Part shown: piece by piece, positions 58,346 to 64,000 of the stretch
How positions within the stretch are numbered: position 1 is the first letter of the stretch
Layout of the letters: every line of letters starts with the position of its first letter
From: an uncultured Nitrospiraceae bacterium
Lineage (GTDB): Bacteria > Nitrospirota > Nitrospiria > Nitrospirales > Nitrospiraceae
DNA length: 64,000 nt
NCBI GenBank assembly: GCA_963730935.1
Contig: CAVSTP010000003.1
Span: 64,001-128,000, forward strand
Reading direction: 5' to 3'
Translations under genes and position numbers: made by a program
The notes under the pieces: generated by a model
The model's input: the letters and a program-made list of their open reading frames with translations, nothing else
Databases searched by the model: none
Told to the model about the DNA's origin: nothing

Positions 58346-60286
58346 ATGACGAAAACCCACTTTACACCAGATACGTCCGACAAGCAGGTGACGTTGCTCA
58401 GCAAAGATGATTTGTATCTCTTCAATGAAGGGACGCACTTTCATCTCTTCGACAAGCTGGGCGCACATCCGTTGGAGCATAATGGCGTCGGCGGAACCTA
58501 TTTTGCCGTGTGGGCGCCCAATGCGGGAGAGGTCTCGGTCATCGGTGCGTTCAACGATTGGCAGAAGGGAACACACACTCTGTCGCCGGTCAGGGAATCC
58601 GGAATTTGGGAAGGCTTTTTCCCTGGTGTCGGTAAAGGTACGCTTTATAAGTTTCATATCCGAACACGAACCGGCGACTATGAGGTCGATAAGACCGATC
58701 CCTTTGCCTTCTTTAACGAGATTCCTCCTAAGACAGCATCGATCGTGTGGGACTTAGAGTATACGTGGCAGGATCACGCCTGGATGCAACACCGGCATCA
58801 GCGGAATGCGTTGAGCGCTCCAATGACGGTTTATGAAATGCATGTAGGATCATGGAGACGAGTTCCTGATGAGGGAAACCGTTCGCTGAGCTACCGTGAA
58901 CTTGCTGAGTCCTTGCCGGGATATCTCAAGGAGATGGGATTTACCCATGTGGAGTTCTTGCCGATCATGGATCACCCGTTTTTCGGCTCATGGGGGTACC
59001 AAACCACCGGATACTTCGCTCCGACCGGCAATTTTGGAACGCCCCAGGATTTAATGTATCTCGTCGATGCGCTCCATCAACACGACATAGGGGTCATACT
59101 GGACTGGGTGCCTTCACATTTTCCGACCGATGGCCACGGTCTGAGTTTCTTTGATGGCACTCATCTCTTTGAGCATGCCGACGCTCGGCAAGGATTCCAT
59201 CCTGACTGGAAAACCTACATCTTCAATTATGGCCGCAACGAGGTGAGAAGTTTTCTGATCAGCAGCGCGTTGTTCTGGCTGGAAAAATACCATGCTGATG
59301 GATTACGCGTGGATGCGGTCGCATCAATGCTCTATCTGGATTATTCACGAAAAGAGGGGGAATGGATTCCCAACCAATATGGAGGGAGAGAAAACATCGA
59401 GGCCATTTCTTTTTTGCGTCGATTCAACGAAGAGGTCTATCGGAGCCATCCCGATGTCCAGACGATTGCCGAGGAGTCGACGGCCTGGCCGATGGTGTCC
59501 AAGCCGACGTATCTCGGAGGACTGGGCTTCGGTTTAAAGTGGGACATGGGGTGGATGCACGACACGCTCTCCTACATGAGCCAGGATCCGTTCTTTCGTA
59601 AATATCACCATAATAAGCTGACGTTTCGCATGTTGTACGCGTTTCACGAGAATTTTATTCTGCCCCTCTCGCATGACGAAGTCGTGTACGGCAAGGGCTC
59701 TTTGCTTGGGAAGATGCCCGGAGACCACTGGCAAAAGTTCGCCAATTTACGCCTGCTGTATGGGTACATGTACGCACAAGCGGCGAAAAAGCTCCTCTTT
59801 ATGGGCGGCGAGATCGGGCAGTGGAGCGAATGGGCGCACGACGCCAGCTTGGAATGGCATCTCCTTGGCCAGCCACTGCATAGCGCTCTGCAGCGATGGG
59901 TCGCGGATTTGAACCGGTTGTATCGGGCTGAACGGGCGCTCCATGAGCGTGACATCGATCCCTCGGGATTTGAATGGATCGATTGCAACGATACGGAATC
60001 TGGCGTCATTAGCTTGATGCGCAAGGGCGCATCAACCGATGAGCTGCTGTTCGTCATCTGTAATTTCACGCCGGTGCCACGGCCGAACTATCGCGTGGGC
60101 ATTCCGCGCGGAGGATTCTGGCAGGAAGTGCTCAACAGCGACGCCACTCTCTATGGCGGAAGTGGTTGGGGAAACCTCGGCGGGGTCGATGCCGTTCCGG
60201 TGTCCCTGCACGGGAGGAGTCACTCGTTGACTCTGTCGCTGCCGCCACTGTCCGCGCTGTTCTTTAAACACGGCGGCGTCCGTTAA
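58346..60286 (+). CDS. glgB: 1,4-alpha-glucan branching enzyme (short N-terminus form)
   Basis: [63 protein letters not shown]. Confidence 0.96.
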   Translation: MTKTHFTPDTSDKQVTLLSKDDLYLFNEGTHFHLFDKLGAHPLEHNGVGGTYFAVWAPNAGEVSVIGAFNDWQKGTHTLSPVRESGIWEGFFPGVGKGTLYKFHIRTRTGDYEVDKTDPFAFFNEIPPKTASIVWDLEYTWQDHAWMQHRHQRNALSAPMTVYEMHVGSWRRVPDEGNRSLSYRELAESLPGYLKEMGFTHVEFLPIMDHPFFGSWGYQTTGYFAPTGNFGTPQDLMYLVDALHQHDIGVILDWVPSHFPTDGHGLSFFDGTHLFEHADARQGFHPDWKTYIFNYGRNEVRSFLISSALFWLEKYHADGLRVDAVASMLYLDYSRKEGEWIPNQYGGRENIEAISFLRRFNEEVYRSHPDVQTIAEESTAWPMVSKPTYLGGLGFGLKWDMGWMHDTLSYMSQDPFFRKYHHNKLTFRMLYAFHENFILPLSHDEVVYGKGSLLGKMPGDHWQKFANLRLLYGYMYAQAAKKLLFMGGEIGQWSEWAHDASLEWHLLGQPLHSALQRWVADLNRLYRAERALHERDIDPSGFEWIDCNDTESGVISLMRKGASTDELLFVICNFTPVPRPNYRVGIPRGGFWQEVLNSDATLYGGSGWGNLGGVDAVPVSLHGRSHSLTLSLPPLSALFFKHGGVR

Positions 60287-61932
60287 GAAAGACGTACGAG
60301 CCGACCTTCGTCAGGACCGAGCCGTATTCGGGCGGGATCCCACTTGGAATCTGCCGCATCGGGATTTGTAGACGCCAGGACGAGGCCCTGTAAAGAGCCG
60401 AAAGGCAGGGCGAAGTCACAGGCCCGTTGCGAAAAATTGACTACGACCAACATCCGCTCGACCGTTCCCGTCTCGGTGCGCGCCTCCCGCTCGTAAAGCA
60501 GGCAATCACGAGGACTGCCTTCGATCACATGGTAGTCTCCTCGACTCAACGCGGGAGACATTCGGCGAAGCGCGAGCAGTTGTCGATACAGCGACCAGAG
60601 GGAACGTGGATCGGCAGCCTCTGATGCCACATTGAGCCGCGAATAGTCTTGGGGCAGGGGAAGCCAGGGCCGGCTGGTCGTGAACCCCGCGTGGAAGGAA
60701 GCATCCCATTGCATCGGCGTGCGCGCCGGGTCCCGTCCAGGGCGAAAGGGCCAGAAGCGCTTGGTATAAGGATCACGTAAATCCCGATAGCGCAGCGTTC
60801 CGTTTCGCATTCCAACTTCTTCGCCATAATACAGGAAGGGGGTTCCAGGCATTGTGAGCAAGAGAAGGGCGGCAGCTCTGGCGCGAGCCTCGGCATCCCC
60901 TCCAGCGCCATACCGGTCGATATGACGTGGTTGATCATGGTTGCTCATCACGATCGTCGGCCAACCTCCCTTTGGAATGGACGGGACATGTTGTGACAGG
61001 AACTGACGGAAGCTGTCCGCGCACCATGGCGACTTCATCAGGCGAAAATCGAACACCAGATGCAGTTCATCGTCGCCCTTTCCATAAAATGAGGCAGGGC
61101 CGCCTGGTGTGTCGGCAGCGGCCTCGCCGATCAAGACGATGTCAGGGTAAGCCGAAACAATTTGCCGCAACTCCTGCATGCTGTCATGTGCGAGAGCCTG
61201 ATCGCGGTCGTACACATGGTGTTGCCTGGTATAACCGCGAAGACCGAGTCGAAACGGATTGTTCTTCCATCGCATGTCCTTGCCCAGCCAGTTGATCGCG
61301 TCAAGGCGAAACCCGTCGACCCCCCGATCGAGCCAGAATCGAACGACATCCCACATCGCGGCCCGGACGGAGGGATCCTGCCAGTTCAGGTCCGGCTGTT
61401 CCTTCAAAAATGAATGGAGATAATACTGCCGGGCTTCTGGATCCCACGTCCAGGAGGAGCCGCCGAACCGAGCATTCCAGTTACTCGGCCGGCGCCCAAA
61501 CGACTTGCCGTCAGCCCAACAGTACCAGTGGCGCTTGGGCGAGAAGCGCGAAGCGCGTGATTCAAGGAACCATTTGTGCTGATTCGACGTGTGGTTCAGG
61601 ACAAGGTCCATGATCACGCGGAGCCCGAGACGGTGAGCCTCCTCAAGGAGGTCGTCAAAATCCTTGAGCGTGCCAAAGCGGGGGTCAATATTGACGTAGT
61701 CGCTCACGTCGTAGCCGAAATCATGCATCGGAGATGGGTAGATGGGGGAAAGCCAAATCGCATCCGCTCCGAGTGAGTGCTGTGCACCTCGGAGATAATT
61801 CAGCCTGGATCGGATGCCGCGAAGGTCGCCGATGCCGTCGTTATTGGAGTCCTGGAAACTCCATGGATAGATTTGATAAAAGACGGCGGATTGCCACCAG
61901 GGAAGTTTGAGAGGACGAGACGCAGGAAACAT
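60283..61932 (-). CDS. alpha-glucosidase / oligo-1,6-glucosidase (GH13)
   Basis: [60 protein letters not shown]. Confidence 0.92.
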   Translation of the reverse strand: MFPASRPLKLPWWQSAVFYQIYPWSFQDSNNDGIGDLRGIRSRLNYLRGAQHSLGADAIWLSPIYPSPMHDFGYDVSDYVNIDPRFGTLKDFDDLLEEAHRLGLRVIMDLVLNHTSNQHKWFLESRASRFSPKRHWYCWADGKSFGRRPSNWNARFGGSSWTWDPEARQYYLHSFLKEQPDLNWQDPSVRAAMWDVVRFWLDRGVDGFRLDAINWLGKDMRWKNNPFRLGLRGYTRQHHVYDRDQALAHDSMQELRQIVSAYPDIVLIGEAAADTPGGPASFYGKGDDELHLVFDFRLMKSPWCADSFRQFLSQHVPSIPKGGWPTIVMSNHDQPRHIDRYGAGGDAEARARAAALLLLTMPGTPFLYYGEEVGMRNGTLRYRDLRDPYTKRFWPFRPGRDPARTPMQWDASFHAGFTTSRPWLPLPQDYSRLNVASEAADPRSLWSLYRQLLALRRMSPALSRGDYHVIEGSPRDCLLYEREARTETGTVERMLVVVNFSQRACDFALPFGSLQGLVLASTNPDAADSKWDPARIRLGPDEGRLVRLS

Positions 61933-62117
61933 TGCAGGTGTGGACAGTAACGCATGGCATCTTAGAACTCAAGCAGCGCGAGAAATGAAACTGGGGTTGA
62001 GCTACCCACTCTGCTACGAAGACAGGACAAACGAGCCTCATTTGATGTAGAGTTCCTCTACATCAGGGGGAAATCGTGAACATTTAAGCGCCAGATTAAC
62101 GTGGAAAGAGGTACACC

Positions 62118-63764
62118 ATGAAGTCCTCTCACATGATCGGGTTCGCGGTGGCTGTTCTGCTCGCTTGTGCCGCTCCCAGTTCGGGCACAGAGTCGACAGC
62201 GGAGCCCTCGCCGCCGAAAAGCAATTCTGACACGGTCCCCCTCTATACGAACCTCGGTTCCCACCACAAACGCATCTCCACTCGAGTCGAGGCCACACAG
62301 CAGTACTTCGACCAGGGCCTGCGACTCGTCTATGGATTCAATCACGCGGAAGCGATCCGTTCGTTCACGCGCGCCGCAGAGCTCGATCCCACCTGCGCCA
62401 TGTGCTACTGGGGGATCGCACTCGCCTACGGCCCGAACGTCAACGCTCCGATGGACTCGGCGAGCGGACTGGCCGCGTACGCGGCGGCGCAGAAAGCGCT
62501 GGCGCTCAAGTCCCATGGCACGGCGGCTGAGCGTGCCTACATCGAGGCGGTTGCGCAGCGCTACGCGGAGGTCCCGCCGACGGATCGTGCCCGGTTGGAC
62601 ACGTTATACTCGCGCGCGATGGGCCGAGTCGCAAAGACCAACCCCAACGACCTCGACGCTGCAACCCTGTATGCCGAATCGCTGATGGACCTTCGGCCGT
62701 GGAACTACTGGCGACCCAACGGCACTCCTTACCCCGGCACGAATGAAATCGTACGACAGCTCCAGAAAGTTATCTCGCGCAACCCGAACCATCCCGGCGC
62801 CTGCCATTACTACATCCACGCGGTCGAAGCGGTGAACCCGAAGGCCGCAGTGCCTTGCGCCGAGCGGCTCGCTCGGCTCATGCCGGGCGAAGGACACATG
62901 GTCCACATGCCCGCACACATCTACATCCGCGTTGGACGCTGGAACGACGCCGTGGAAGCCAATCAACACGCCATCCACACCGACGAGGAGTTCATCGAAG
63001 GGCAGCACCCGATGGGCGTCTATCCGCTCGCGTATTACCCGCACAACATCCATTTCCTCGCCTTCGCCTCCACGATGGCGGGCCGCAGTGCGCAGGCAAT
63101 CGAGGCGTCCAATACACTCACCTCCAAGGTGAACCTCGATGTCGCGCGGCAGGTCGGGATGCTGCAGGAGATGGTGCCCTACCACGCACTCACGCTCACG
63201 ACGTTCGGAAAATGGGACGAGGTGCTTGCCGAACCGCTTCCGCCGGAGGACATCCGCTTCTCATACGCCATGGCCCAGTACGCCCGCGGCGTGGCGCATG
63301 CCGCCAAGGGACAGTGGCCGGAGGCGCAAGCCGCGCTCGACACGGTGACGGCAATCAACGCCGCGACGCCCGATGGTGCCGATGGCAAGACCGCGCTCTC
63401 GATTGCCGTACATGCGCTGTCCGGCGAGATCACCACCCGCCGCGGCGACCTGGACGCAGGCATCAAGCACTTCCGGGAGGCGGCCAAGATCGAGGACGCG
63501 GGCCTCTACTTCGAACCGCCCAAGTGGTACTACCCGATTCGGCACTCGCTCGGCGCCGCACTGGTGAAGGCGGGACGAAATGCCGAGGCCGAGAAGGTGT
63601 ATCGCCAGGACCTCAGGCGATTCCCCGAGAACGGCTGGTCCCTGTTCGGGCTCGCGCAGGCGCTCCGGGCGCAAAAAAAGGACACCGAAGCCGCCGCGGT
63701 GGAAGTGCGCTTCCACCGAGCGTGGGCGAGCACGGATGTGACGCTGACGGCATCGAGGTTGTAG
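62118..63764 (+). CDS. secreted TPR-repeat protein
   Basis: Signal peptide; QQYFDQGL...YGFNH.EA.RSF, HPGACHYYIH, GHMVHMPAHIY, EPPKW, P.NGWSL.GL. Confidence 0.85.
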   Translation: MKSSHMIGFAVAVLLACAAPSSGTESTAEPSPPKSNSDTVPLYTNLGSHHKRISTRVEATQQYFDQGLRLVYGFNHAEAIRSFTRAAELDPTCAMCYWGIALAYGPNVNAPMDSASGLAAYAAAQKALALKSHGTAAERAYIEAVAQRYAEVPPTDRARLDTLYSRAMGRVAKTNPNDLDAATLYAESLMDLRPWNYWRPNGTPYPGTNEIVRQLQKVISRNPNHPGACHYYIHAVEAVNPKAAVPCAERLARLMPGEGHMVHMPAHIYIRVGRWNDAVEANQHAIHTDEEFIEGQHPMGVYPLAYYPHNIHFLAFASTMAGRSAQAIEASNTLTSKVNLDVARQVGMLQEMVPYHALTLTTFGKWDEVLAEPLPPEDIRFSYAMAQYARGVAHAAKGQWPEAQAALDTVTAINAATPDGADGKTALSIAVHALSGEITTRRGDLDAGIKHFREAAKIEDAGLYFEPPKWYYPIRHSLGAALVKAGRNAEAEKVYRQDLRRFPENGWSLFGLAQALRAQKKDTEAAAVEVRFHRAWASTDVTLTASRL

Positions 63765-64000
63765 GCCTCGCTAGAAAAGTCGATCATTCACCGGTTAGGA
63801 CGATATCGTGGTCTCAATGCCAATCATCTTGCGCACCTCGGGCTTGTACATTGTTGTGCCGTCGCTTTTTGCATAGTCGGTCCAGGGGAGACAAATTTTC
63901 GAGAGAGCTCTTGAACGTAATATTCAACTAGGCTGCTCTCATCATCGTTCAATGTAACCTCTGTGGAGAGTAGATGCTCACAGGCGCGGCTATAGACGAG

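Noticed and set aside
62855..63931. 358-aa alternative-frame ORF, and similar shadow ORFs inside cgs, treS, glgE and glgB
   Set aside because: Arg/Ala/Gly-rich by-products of GC-rich codon usage overlapping well-supported genes.
1..64000. CRISPR array, rRNA, integrase, transposase or defence system
   Set aside because: No regularly spaced repeat-spacer array and no recognisable recombinase, transposase, nuclease or rRNA signatures were seen.

Overview
Bacterial chromosomal accessory region. The many small secreted, zinc-ribbon and helical hypothetical proteins resemble those of Nitrospira-like bacteria, but this is an inference and was not checked by search. The window has four blocks. (1) About 1-22.4 kb is a mosaic of small stress-type genes: two csbD-like copies, psiE, a PstS-like binding protein, a Crp/Fnr regulator, an orphan groES, a ferritin-like protein, OmpA/MotB, MlaC-like and a B12 radical SAM enzyme with a STAS-like tail, plus several duplicated or decayed paralogues. 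(2) 22.7-31.5 kb encodes a 2930-aa cyclic beta-1,2-glucan synthase, followed by a perfect 3' half of tRNA-Thr(CGT), probably an att scar. (3) 32-48.5 kb is a signalling and envelope block: PocR-type histidine kinase, three response regulators, stand-alone PAS and MEDS proteins, three cupredoxin-like paralogues with a c-type heme protein, DUF3943, PagL-like, a desaturase and a lipase. (4) 49-62 kb is a trehalose/alpha-glucan operon (DUF5752, treS, treT-like, GT2, glgE, maltokinase, glgB) with a convergent alpha-glucosidase, then a TPR protein. The most striking unexplained signal is a 16-bp 5-6-5 motif, TGAGC-N6-GACCA. It occurs seven times between 0.98 and 21.4 kb, six of them 21-22 nt upstream of a -10-like hexamer. 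That is class II CRP/FNR promoter geometry with a non-canonical site, near a Crp/Fnr regulator with a non-canonical recognition helix, so it may be an undescribed regulon. No CRISPR array, rRNA, intact tRNA, integrase or transposase was recognised.
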